A stretch of DNA of 64,000 bases from Felis catus (taxonomy: Eukaryota): contig NC_058383.1 in the NCBI RefSeq assembly GCF_018350175.1, positions 8,558,001 to 8,622,000 on the forward strand, written 5' to 3'. The translations under genes and the position numbers were made by a program. Below are positions 13,096 through 24,625 of the stretch, piece by piece (within the stretch, counting starts at the first letter, position 1; every line of letters starts with the position of its first letter). The notes below the pieces were generated by a model. It saw only the letters and a program-made list of their open reading frames with translations. It was not told the origin of the DNA and made no database searches.

Positions 13096-13661
13096 TGGAA
13101 GGCTGCTTTAATTCCATGAGATTCAATTGCTTTTTCTCATGGAGTTTGCGCTTCAGAGGCTTTGGAAAGGAGAGAAGCTTCAGGGATTCACTCGACCACA
13201 GAACCATATCTTGCGAGGCAGGATGATGAGGCCAGTGGCTCAAGAGCCTGAGAAAAAACAAGTCCATTAACTGTGGTTACAGAAGAGCCCAGGACTCAAA
13301 AGGTAGGAAGTGACAGACGATCCCTTGCTCTGGTGAACTCGGGACAAGGAGATAAGGGACCTCCACTCCCAGCACTATCTACTCCAGAACCCAGGAGACA
13401 TTGAAGGGACCTTGATCCTGAGACCCCTGAGAAAGCCTCCAGTCTGGGTCTCTACCTCCAGGGACAAAGCTGATTCACTGTGAGCCATCAGCATGGGACC
13501 TGCCCACAAGAAAAGACTTGTTAATTTCGGGTCACCCATACAGCATGATGCTGTCACTTCCTGGCTGCTGGTCCCTATTTGTGAGTGTGTTAGGAGGGTA
13601 ACAGTATGCAACAGAACCTGCCTCACCTTTTTCCTTTTTAATCAAGAAGCTTTAGTTTTGA

Positions 13662-13903
13662 GGGGTGCCTGGGTGGCTTAGTCGGTTAGGTGCCCGACTC
13701 TGACTCTTGATTTCAGCTCAGATCATGACCTCACGGTTCGTGAGACTGAGCCCTGTGTCGGGCTCTGTGCTGACAGTTCAGAGCCTACTCAGGATTCTCC
13801 TCCTACTCTCTCTCTCTGCCCCTCCCCTGCTCACATGTGTGTGTGCATGTGTGTGCTCTCGCACTCTCTCTCTCTCAAAATAAATAAATAAACTTAAAAA
13901 AAA
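13662..13903 (+). mobile_element. CanSINE (1st of a tandem triplet)
   Basis: GGGGTGCCTGGGTGGCT head, (CT)n region, aaataaataaa tail. Confidence 0.92.
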
Positions 13904-13913
13904 GCAGCTTTAT

Positions 13914-14111
13914 GGGGCGTCTGGGTGGCTCAGTCAGTTAAGCATCTGACTCTTGATTTTGGCTCAGGTCATGATCTGACGTGGGAGCGAGCCCCGCGTC
14001 AGGCTCCGCACTGGCAGTGCGGAGCCTGCTTGGGATTCTCCCTCTCTTCGTCTCTCTCTGCCCCTCCCCCACTTGCACTGTCTCTGTGTCTCTCAAATAA
14101 ACTTAAAAAAA
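13914..14111 (+). mobile_element. CanSINE (2nd of a tandem triplet)
   Basis: GGGGCGTCTGGGTGGCTCAG head and A-rich tail. Confidence 0.92.
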
Positions 14112-14136
14112 TTTTTTTTTTTAAAAAGCAACTTTA

Positions 14137-14360
14137 GGGGCGCCTGGGTGGCGCAGTCGGTTAAGCGTCCGACTTCAGCCAGGTCACGATCTCGCAGTCC
14201 GTGAGTTCGAGCCCCGCGTCGGGCTCTGGGCTGATGGCTCAGAGCCTGGAGCCTGTTTCCGATTCTGTGTCTCCCTCTCTCTCTGCCCCTCCCCCGTTCA
14301 TGCTCTGTCTCTCTCTGTCCCAAAAATAAATAAACGTTGAAAAAAAAATTAAAAAAAAAA
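14137..14360 (+). mobile_element. Young CanSINE, SINEC_Fc type (3rd of the triplet)
   Basis: Near-consensus CpG-rich body. Perfect TSD TAAAAAGCAACTTTA at 14122-14136 and 14361-14375. Confidence 0.95.
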
Positions 14361-14370
14361 TAAAAAGCAA

Positions 14371-14670
14371 CTTTATTTTTGAGAAGAGTTTTAGTTGTAC
14401 AGACAATCTGAGCAGATAGTACAGAGAATTCCCATGTGCCTCCCTCCCCGCCCCCCCAGTCTCCACTATCATTAACATCTTGCATTATCACCTAGTACAT
14501 TTGTTACGATGAAGAACCCATACTGATATGTTATTATGAACCAAAGTCCACAGTTTACATAAGGGCTAACTCTTAGTGGTGTATTTTCTATGAGTTTCGA
14601 CATGTGCATAAGGTCATGTATGGACTATTGCAGTATCATACAGAAGAGTTTCCCCACCCTAAAGCCCCAT
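14371..14670 (-). mobile_element. L1MC-like 3' end fragment
   Basis: gagcagatagtacagagaattccc...attaacatcttgcatta...gtacatttgttac...aaagtccacagtttacat...cagtatcatacagaa are typical L1MC 3' end motifs. Confidence 0.75.
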
Positions 14671-14924
14671 TGCTACGGATCCATTCCGATCCCACGGGTA
14701 GTGTCATCATCCTGGAGTTAAGCAAAAACCATACTCCTGGAACAAGGAAGTATGAACAGATATTCCACTCCCGATGGGCTAGGAACGTTCTATGACAGAT
14801 CTGGGCTGCTAAACAAAAACTCTAATAGCAAAGAAAAGAATTACAGGCAGAAGAATGTAAAATAGGGTTGCTGAGGGAGAGTAAATCTTGGCTGGGTGAG
14901 GTCTGAGCCCAAGTCTGATGTTTT

Positions 14925-15275
14925 CTTTAATCCCACAAGGTAGGCACGGTAATTAGTTCTATTTTACAGATAAGGAAGGGCAGGCACAGAGTTCAAGCAA
15001 TTTGAGCCCAAGGACGCAGAGAAAGATCATGCCGCAGCTGGGATTTGAATCCGGGCGGCGGAGAAGCAGGGAATGTGCTCTTAACTTCCATCGCGAGGCA
15101 GGAGTTCGCTGCCTCATTTCAGCACAATTCACGACAGCCCCACGGGATAGGTTAGCTATGGTGCAGATGTGACAGGTGAGGCCACAAAGACTCAGAGAGG
15201 TTAAGGAACCGGCTCAAAGTCGCCTGGCTTCGAGCCTAGGGTTTGCACACGGATCTGTCCCCTCTGAGGTCCAAG
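14925..15275. mobile_element. Two adjacent MIR fragments
   Basis: MIR core motifs attttacagataaggaa...ctgggatttgaatcc and acaggtgaggccacaaagactcagagaggttaag. Confidence 0.7.
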
Positions 15276-16858
15276 CCTGTGACCTTCCCTGTCCCCCCCG
15301 CCCCACTCCACCCCGCCCGCGGCCCTGTCTCCTCTGAGAAGATGGGTGGGTGAAGACTTAGCTCTTTTCTTCATCAGTGGAGTCGCTGCTGCAATTGCTC
15401 CCGGGAGCGTGAGGCAGGCAGTTTTTAAGAGAAGCAGCGACAGGAAATTTGGTCTATTGTTTGAAACAAGAGGTGCAAACAAGTCTCCGCTTTGAAGTGT
15501 TGAATAACAAATTCCTCCGGGAATGGAAAGGCGAGAAGCTACGAGATTCCTGAGCTGGTGTCAAATGCTCACGGCAGCGGTGGCGGAGGGCAGGAGAGGA
15601 AGAGGCAGCCCTCGGAGAAACTGGGGCAGGATCTGTTTGAAGAGAACGTGTCTTAAATAGATCAGGCTACAGAGGACAGCGAGAGGGGCCAGGGGGGTCA
15701 GTTCTCTTTTTTTCTCGAAGGGAGCCTGTTGGGGAAGGAAAACACAGCGTCTAAAGGTGGGGGTGGGAGAGATCGGCTCGACAGTAACACGCAGAGCTGT
15801 TCCAAAAGAAAACAAAACCAAACCCCACCACCTGGTCCGCCTTGGTCGGTAATAAAATGCCATCGGATCAACAGAGCTTGTGTAAACTAATCCCACCTCC
15901 CACTCACAAGTCAGCGTTACATTTAGGAAGGAGACAGGGTAGGATACCCAACTTGGAATGACTTGTAATCACTTTACTGAACCGCCTCTGATAGCGAACC
16001 CGTGACCCCACCCTCCCAGCCACACTTGTAGCCAGAACTGGATCGTTGATCAGATATTTCCCCAGACAGTCCATTAGATCAGACTCCCCGAACGTGAAGA
16101 AGTGAGAAGCCCCCGGGCAATCGGCGAGGAGAATCCCAATGCTGGCTAGGAAAACACACCCCTCTCTCCAGCCGCCCGGATTGCCAAACATCCAGTCTTC
16201 CTGTACTTAAGGGGACTTTTGACTCTCCCCGACGCCTCTCATTTGCAATCGATGTCTCATTCAAGACCAAGGTCAGGTTATCAATCTTTATTATAGATGC
16301 CCTGGACCAGGGTGTCTGGAGCCTCTACTGCCGCAGAGAAATGTCCGGAGACATCGGGGAGGACTCCTGGCAAGCAGGCTGCTGTAAGGTAAGATGAAGG
16401 CATCCGTCCCGGGGAAGGCAATACCCAGGACTTCCTGAAGGGGTGACAGAGAGGCTGCCTGTCCCCATGTCCCAGGTGGGTTCCGACGGACCAGGCGGGG
16501 GCCTGGGGGTGACGGGGCAGCTGCAGGTAGGTCTAGGGCCGAGCAGTAAGACCGGACACTGGAGAAGTCTCCTTGCCTCTCCGATCCTCGGCTTTCTTAT
16601 ATGCAAAATGCTTCCTGCTTGCAAACCTGCTGTGAAGATCGGAGATAAAAGCTTTGTATGGCTCAGGACAGATGGCAGGTGCTCCCTGGATAATAATTGT
16701 TGTTATTTGGTGGTTTTACAGACAAAGATGACTCTTCCAGGCTTGTGACTTTCAATCTGGCCTTTTCACCCTCAGGACATCAGTAGATAATAGGATACCC
16801 TTTATGGCTCTATTCCCAACCTCTTGCAAGAGTTTCCATGAATATGTTTTACTGTGGT

Positions 16859-16894
<36 letters not shown>
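16859..16894. repeat. Poly-G homopolymer (36 G)
   Basis: Read directly from the sequence. Confidence 0.95.
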
Positions 16895-16895
<1 letters not shown>

Positions 16896-17224
16896 GGACG
16901 CCTGACCTCAGGAGTCTCCAAATGGGAGAGAAGTCTAAGGGAGGTGCATGGCTGTGTCAGAATGGGGCTGGGTGCCTCAGACCCTGATGTCCCCAGAGCA
17001 CTATCTACCAGCGACAGCAATGGACCTGCGTGCATTTGGGGTGTTCCGGGCCTTTGCCAGCATAGGATATTTCCTCATGCACATCAAAGAGCCTGTACGA
17101 TGGAACCAATTACGTGTTTCCAGTGTCTTTTCAGCCAGATTTTAAACTTTCTCCAAAGGCAAAAGGCTACCGCATTTCATTTGGCTTTATATACACCCCC
17201 ACCTTGCCTTTCCACCTGCCCCCA

Positions 17225-17233
17225 GCACGCGTG

Positions 17234-17267
<34 letters not shown>

Positions 17268-17268
17268 T
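17225..17268. repeat. (GC)n-(AC)n alternating purine-pyrimidine microsatellite
   Basis: gcacgcgtgcgcgcgc(ac)13at, 44 bp of uninterrupted alternation. Confidence 0.95.
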
Positions 17269-18607
17269 CCCACACCAGCCTGATTGGGAGCATTTGTAGA
17301 TTTGAGCTGACTTCATTTCACATCACGTTTGGGCAAGCAGGAAACTTTGCTTCTCTGTATATGGTTGTGGTCTCAGCCCTGATTTCTGAAATAAAAGGTC
17401 TGGGGGGAAACAGGCCTTGACGCTGAGAACGAGAGTAGCCTTTGCCAAGGTCAGACCTACCAAAGACTTCATTCTGGTGATAAGTGCTTACGTTGCCAAA
17501 AAAGGCTGAAGGATTACAGTGCTCTGTGGCCTGAAGAATGTATGTTGGGGAAGGAGAAGGCATTTAACTAGCAATGACACGGCTGATGTGGCAGAGAGTG
17601 AGAAGGCTGCGAGGGGCCGTTCTCCCTCGCTCTGGGATTTCTTCCCATGGTGCTCAACCATCCTGTGGAGAAGGCGCCGGGACTTGGCACACAGTAGGCC
17701 TTCAATAAATATCTTTGGGAGGAATAAATGCAGAAAAGCATCCATCGCTTCTGAAAGGCATTTGGGAGCGGGCAGCTGAGATCCCGTCATCAAGGGGTGG
17801 TCAGAAATTTGAGCAGGAGCTTGGCCACCTGGCCGGGACATCCAACCTGTTCACCAAACGACTGGTGCCCAGAAGCTCAGTCTGCTTGTCTCTAAAATGG
17901 TATTATATCCGTGTGAATGCAGAGACACCAAGTTAGGGTACGTGGATGTAAATGAAACAGTGGCTCGCTCTTACTGGGTGCTTAGTCCACGCAGGTAGAG
18001 CTCAAAGCATTTTATGTACATTTTCTGATTTCATCGGCACCGCACACAAGGAGGTGGGCACGTCTCTGGTGGAGACTGAGACTCTGCGAGGTTCAAGAAC
18101 ATGCCCAAGGGCAAAACGCTCTTTACTAGAATTTGAACCCGCATCTGACCCTCTGGCTGCTGGCTTCAGCGCGAACCGCCTCTCCTGAGCCCTACTGCTC
18201 AAATGCTGACTGCTAAGGCAAGGATGTTTCTGGCACGGTGAATTGGAAACGGGGGCTCACGTGTTCACAGGAACAGCACGTGGCCGGCAGCTCTGTGGCC
18301 CATCTTCCAAAATGGCAGAGTCCCCACTTGCCCCTTCGGCGATGCCACCAGCGTCTTCCCATCTGGCCAGGCCTTTAACATGCCAGTCTGCTCTCCACCT
18401 CCTGGGCTCCCAGCTGAAACAACCCACTCACTGTTCCCCTCCTTCGTGGGCATCGTGCGTGCTTTTCCTGACCCCTAACACACCCCATCTTTCTTACCAC
18501 CTCTTACCTCCTGCCCTGGCCAACACCCCAACATTTCTGAAGTCCTCTGCTCATCTGAACTGACAGGGGCATCTCCCTTCACTGCTCAGATCAAAGCTAG
18601 TGTGACG

Positions 18608-18717
18608 GGGGCGCCTGGCTGGCTCAGTCGGTAGAGCACGCGACTCTTGATCTCGGGGTCGTGAGATCGAGCCCCACATTGGGGGTAGAGATTACTTTAA
18701 AAGTAGGTTTTTAAAAA
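18608..18717 (+). mobile_element. Short tRNA-Lys(CTT)-derived CanSINE
   Basis: GGGGCGCCTGGCTGGCTCAGTCGGTAGAGCACGCGACTCTTGATCTC...GAGCCCCACATTGGG plus SINE tail. Degenerate TSD aaagcta.tg..acg. Confidence 0.88.
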
Positions 18718-21700
18718 GCTAATGCTACGGCACGTATTCCCACTTCATCAGTTTCTTTTGTACGTATTGCCTTCTGCTCAAGTTGAATTGTTGCTTTTTT
18801 TTTCCATGTTGAAAAAAGATTGTTATATATATTTTTTTACTATCGTTATGGACCTATTCCCAACAGAACTGTAAGCTTCTAGGGGCAGGGATCTCGTCCA
18901 CTGCTTCTCTGCTTCTTTCTAGTGTGTGACACAGCACTTTGCTCAACAGCGTTTGGTGATTAGACAGCATTGTTGGTGACATCCTTATCTGCCCCCAAAA
19001 CAACTTTTATAAAGAGCACAGGGAACCCACACAGCCACAGTTTGGCATTTGGCAGGGTATCTACAGTGCCTCCTTCCACCGACCGTAATGACTGCAGTTT
19101 TTCTCGAATGCCTTTGTATTTTATATCCACTTCAATTAGCATTAATAGAACAACACTTTGTACCTTTATGGGATCTCTCGTCGGAGAGCTCCAAAGCATT
19201 TTACAAGAAAGTATTAATTATTCCTATTTTACAGGCAGGAAACCTGAGGCAAAGTCAGTGACTCAGTGGCAAAATTAGGACATGATTTTCCCTCTGTTTT
19301 CAATTGTCTGTTTTAATCACTAGGTCATGCTACCCCTTCTGGTTAGAGTTAAATTGCTGCTTAAAAAATGACATGCCAGCCCTTTCCGCCAGCCTTATTT
19401 TGAACAATATTCACCATTTTCCTGTATTATAAAGACGGCATGTGCTCATGTAGAAATTATACAAAATACAGAAATGTTAAAGGAGATAAAACTTGCCCAT
19501 TCAGTCGCTGTCTAGAGGCATCTGCCCTTAACATTGTCGTGCGCTTTCTTACTGCATTTTATACGAAGACAAAATAGGCTGTTCTTTGCAGTTGGGGTCA
19601 CGCTGTGGCCTATTTTCTGCTTATATAATAAACACTTTCTCGGGTCATTACATATTTTACAAGCATGACTTTTAACGGCTATACAATATTTCATCATTTC
19701 TGTGTTATTGGACGTTTCTGTATTGTTGGACACTTTAGGCCGGTCCGGCTTTTTTGTTTGTTTGTTTATTTTTTATTTGGCTTGTTTTGTTCCCAGAAAT
19801 AGCTTCTGTGCTGAGACTATTTGCATTTCACTCTTTTATTTAACGTTTTGACTTTTCAGATGACACGTGTGTGTGTGAATATTTTAATTAGAAAAAACAG
19901 TTCCTAGATTAGAGGCCCACTTTCCTCCTCCTTTCTTCTGTGTCTCACACGCACACAAAATTTTGACATCCAATGGGATTCTGCTAGCGACGTAAAGCTC
20001 TAAAGATATTATAATACAGATCCTCAAAAACTGACATCAGATCAAATATTTAGTGTGAATGGAGCTCGAGGGAATGAAGAAAGTTTTTTCCTCACTGCTA
20101 GAAAGATCAGCTTCCCTATTTTCCTGTGGAAAACAAGCTTTCGGGAACTTCCAAACCACATTTACCCGGGAAAAAAAATAATACCCAATCTGACAGTGCT
20201 CATGACAAAAGAAAATCTAATTACATTTCATGAAAACAAATCTTCATTCAACTCCGACCGTATAACTGCAGAGATGTGTCATAAATGATCTTGCGGAGAA
20301 GCAAAACAATATTTGGCTTCATGTTGCAAATGCAATTTTTCAACAAAAAAACAACACATGTATCTACTGTGGATGTCCTGGCACCGGAGATGTAGTTGTG
20401 TGTTTAAAATATTAGATGGCAAACTGATATTGTAAGAGCAATATTAATAATGAAAGGTCAATATAAATAGAATGCATATGGCTCATATCTCCCAGGAGAA
20501 AAGGAATTAATATAAGGTCTTAGCACAGAATGTGAACTTTACATTAAGCAAGATAATAATGATATTTATACAATACCTTACATATTTCAAGCCCTTTCAA
20601 GCGACTGACGAGGTACACTATTAATTTCTAGTGATTCAGCAATGACATCAGTGAGAGTCACATCGGAAGGCATTTATGGCCACTGTGTACAGGAAATACG
20701 TAATATGACATTTCCATGGGCATTTTAAGATGCGGAAGAGGAAAAAAGGGAGAAGCGAGATGTGTTATCTAATACACTCAACATTTCCAGCAAATTTATA
20801 TTAGAATAGAAGTTTGGTCAAACGAGGCTGCTGCGGTGGGGGAGGGGGCGTGGCTGGTAAGGTGGGGTTGAAGGGAATTGTTGGGTGATGAGATGCCCCA
20901 GGTCTGTCCTCGGGGCTTGGGAGTATGAAGCCAGCTGTGTTTTCCAAGGGTAAGACCGAACTCCAACCGAAAAGCTCCAGCTACAAGCTTTCTCGTTCAA
21001 GAGGAGCGGAGGACCGCAGAACGTAATCATTAGAGGTGCAGAAAGATACCTACAGTTAGTGGCGTCGGCATATGCTGTCCAGAAGTGTAAGGCAAAGTTA
21101 AACGGTGGGCCAGAAATTAAGTCTTTGAAGATTTCTAAAGGGGTCTCGGAGCCTGAGAGATGCTGTCACCAGAGAGAGGCCGAGAGGGGTGGTGAGGCGG
21201 AGAGCCTACTGCTTACAAGCCATTATAGTTTGATCTTACAAGTTCGGCAGGTTCTTGGTACAATTATATAACTACACGTACATTTGGCGGATGGAGACGA
21301 ATTATGTACTATGCATGTAATTACATGTAGCAAAATGTGTACTTTTATTCGGTGGGTATTTACATAGTACAGTGAATGGTGTACTTAGAAATAATTAACA
21401 GAAAGCATTATTTAAAAAACAAAACAATTAAAAGTAGTTTGGTTGTCTTGAGCTCAAAAAAAAAAAAAAAGAATCTGGAACCTTCCTTTTATTTATTCCA
21501 GTCATCTATGCCAAATTGTTCTGGAAGGCAGTCGCCAAAGACAAAAGGAAGACAAAGTAATTTCCTTCTGTTATTCATACTCTTTTGATTTAAGGAAAAG
21601 GCCTCTTCAAATTTAAAGTGTCTCAAAACTTCTGTCTGGCCTTAGATATTCCTAAATTTAAAACATTTCAAATTCAGTCAGCTTGAATGAATACCTTGGT

Positions 21701-21900
21701 ATAATTTTCAACTTCTGTCTTGGTGAAATTGAGATTCCTGTGTGACTTATTAGGAGTACGATTCATTTTTACCCATGCCCCACAGAGTAGGCATGCCTTT
21801 ATGTTTGTTTGGGAATAAATTTATGATGTAAAACACTTAGCAGTATGTTCTGTCTCTGCCTATCTGAAATATTTCTTGCCGAACACTCTTCAAAACCAGT

Positions 21901-22126
21901 TTTTTTTTTTTTTAATTTTTGATGTTTATTTTTTGAGACAGAGAGAGAGAGAGACAGAGTGCAAGCAGGGGAGGGGCAGAGAGAGAGGGAGACACAGAAT
22001 CTGAAGGAGGCTCCAGGCTCTGAGCTGTCAGTACAGAGCCTGACATGGGGCTCAAACCTACAAACCGTGAGATCGTGACCTGAGCCGAAGTCGGATGCTT
22101 AACCGACTGAGCTACCCAGGTGCCCC
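21901..22126 (-). mobile_element. CanSINE
   Basis: Poly-T, (GA)n, SINEC body; TSD AAACCAGTT on both sides. Confidence 0.93.
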
Positions 22127-24189
22127 AAACCAGTTCTAATTTGGATGCAAAAATATCCAGAAAGTGAGTGAAGCTTTCAGAAGGCCTCTCTTGTAAAGTT
22201 TTCTTTTAAAGCCTATCACATGGGATACAAGAATCTCTGAATTTTTTCATCATTATTTGTGGAGTTCAGATTATTTTCCAGATTTTTCTGGAGATAAAGT
22301 TTCTAGGTGAAACTTCATTTTATGAGTCCCTTATAAATAAATAAGATCTCAGAACATAAAAACTCTCTTATGAGAGATAAAGACTATGGCTTTTTTTTGG
22401 TTTTGTTTTGTTTTTTCTAATGCTCTACATTATAAGACATTGGAAGAAAGTCTTGATGGTTAATTCCTTCAAAAAATTAGGTTAAAGGGTATCAGAACAA
22501 TTACTAAACCAGAAGTTTTAGAAAACAAGGTAAGGTCTTTTCCTTTCTTGGTGGCTACCAAAGAGGACCAAGTTAGTCACCATCAATCCACTGGGTGTTT
22601 TAGAGATTTTGCCAATTTTCACCTTAGGATTTAATCAATTACGTGTCGGTGTCAGGAGCTAGGAGGGTCCCCCAATGCCAGGAGGGTAGGAGAGCCTGAA
22701 CTTCCAAAAGTGCTTTACAACCTTCTAAGTTACATTTACTAGTATTATCATGCCCCTAAGACAGCCACTGTATTTTTCTCAGGCAAAATAAAACGGGTCA
22801 GAAAGGAAATTTTGGAAGTCTGGGCTCAGATCCTAGCTGTTAGCTGCCTTGTTTGGTGCTAAGCTGTATTTCATTTAAAGGGGTCAGGAACACTCAGGTC
22901 ACTCTCCCACTCCCCCATTCTGATTACTTGGGGCTTGATTTTTGAAAGTTGGGGATGGAGAATTCATCATAAACTTGGGACCTGTGAGCTTTCTTTCCCT
23001 AAAGGGAGAGCCTGAACATCAAAAGGTACAAAGAATGGCCCTGGGTTGTTTTCCTCCTCCTCCATTGTTAGAGAATGACTTTTAGTCCTATTGCTTCTGT
23101 GTAGTGGGTCAGTTATCTTCCTAACCTGTCTTTTTCTCACACTTTGTTGGAGGGGGGGAGAGGCTAGCCATCATTTTATTGTCTTTGTGGGTGCTAATGG
23201 AGATCTAGGTCCTAAAGCCTTTCCATTTTCTAAGTATTTTATACAAAATCCACATTCATGGATTTACTGTATTTGGAAGTCCAAGAGAGTCCTCCTAACC
23301 TTCTACAATGATGAGACAAAGTCAAGCAGAAAAAAACCAAAACAAAATCGCCTTTAGGAATAGATGCAATTTGTTCTGATTCTATGTCTACACTCAAGAA
23401 AAAGGAAATGTACTTTTACAAGCTTTCTAGGTCTCTGCTGATCACTTACCTCGGCTAAGATAATTTTTGATCAGTGGTTTGTTCTGAATGCCATTTTAAA
23501 GTGGCAACATTTTGTGGTGTTGGCAAAGTCATTCCTAACTTTTGTCTACCCGCGCCCCCCCCCCCCCCCCCCCAATGCCCAGAGAGCAAGAAGCCTAGTA
23601 TAAGGCAAAACTCTGGAAGAAAAAAATCTACATGTTCTTTAAACAGAGCTTGACCTCTGGGCCAGTCAATGTATTATTTCTCTACGAAGTCAAGTTAGCA
23701 TGCAAATAAACTAAACATAACCAGAAATGTAACAAGGGTATCTAATACTCATCAAATTTATTTCTAAAATATTGCAGTGGATTCAGAACCCTGAATTCCA
23801 ACCAGATGTACTTCTGGAGTATTACACAGGTCATATATATTTCACTTTTTTTTTTTTTTTTTTTTTTTTTGGTTCAAACCCAGGGGATCGACACGATAAT
23901 TAGATTGAGAACATCTGCACCAAATCCAAACCATTTCCCTGATCCTTCCTTGAGCCTTCCCTACGGGAAGTTTTGGGGGTTTTCTGTTTTTTTTTTAAGC
24001 CCCTGCACATTTTATTTGTCTGGCCACCTTCAGGGCAATTGCGAGGTCTCGCCTGCCTGCCACCGCACGAATAGGAGAGGAGCGCAGACGTACCCCCAAG
24101 TGTTGGGATACCGGGCCTGGAGGGGGTGGGAATCATTAGAGGTGGTATTTCGTCCGGACAAGGATCCCTTGAGGTGGCAGTGCAGTTTC

Positions 24190-24625
24190 CCGCCTGGGGC
24201 CTGGCTCCGGGACAGGGCGTGGCCAGGCGCGGGGCGCGCGGGTGGGCACGTGCGCGGGGACCCGAGGACGCGAGTGTCGGGGCGCCGCTGCCCTCTACCG
24301 GGCGGCGCGGTCGGAGCTGCAGCGCGGCCGCCTGCCGACTGCGCGCGCGGGCTCGGGCGCCCCACACCGAGGCGGTCCTCGGCGTTCCCGAGGTCGCCAG
24401 TGCCCTGCCCCGCGCGGCGTCACAGCATCTGCGGCGGAGGCTCGCGGCGCCCCTGCCCTGCGCTCGCGCGCTCCCACCCACCTGCTTCCTGCCCCCTCTG
24501 CTGGGCGAAGCTGCGATGGGGACGCCGGGGGACCCCCACCCCCGCCCGCCGCCGGCCGACCTCAGGAGCCAGTCACGCACTGACGGAACTGAGGTTCTTC
24601 GCGGGCCGAGACCTGGGGGCACGTG
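24190..24625. promoter_or_regulatory. Upstream satellite CpG island
   Basis: GC/CpG-dense block separated from the main island by ~480 bp of more AT-rich DNA. CACGTG E-boxes at 24247 and 24620. Confidence 0.75.

Noticed and set aside
13644..14383. CRISPR-like repeat-spacer pattern
   Set aside because: The short direct repeats are TSDs and the ~200-240 bp spacers are homologous SINEs; the DNA is mammalian and there are no cas genes.
16854..17420. 188-aa ORF with poly-Gly and THTH repeats
   Set aside because: Produced by the poly-G and (AC)n simple repeats.
18608..18690. Possible tRNA-Lys(CTT) genes (also at 6499, 44050, 46150, 50978)
   Set aside because: They carry the CanSINE GGGG head, A-rich tail and TSDs, with mismatched stems. 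These are tRNA-derived SINEs, not tRNA genes.
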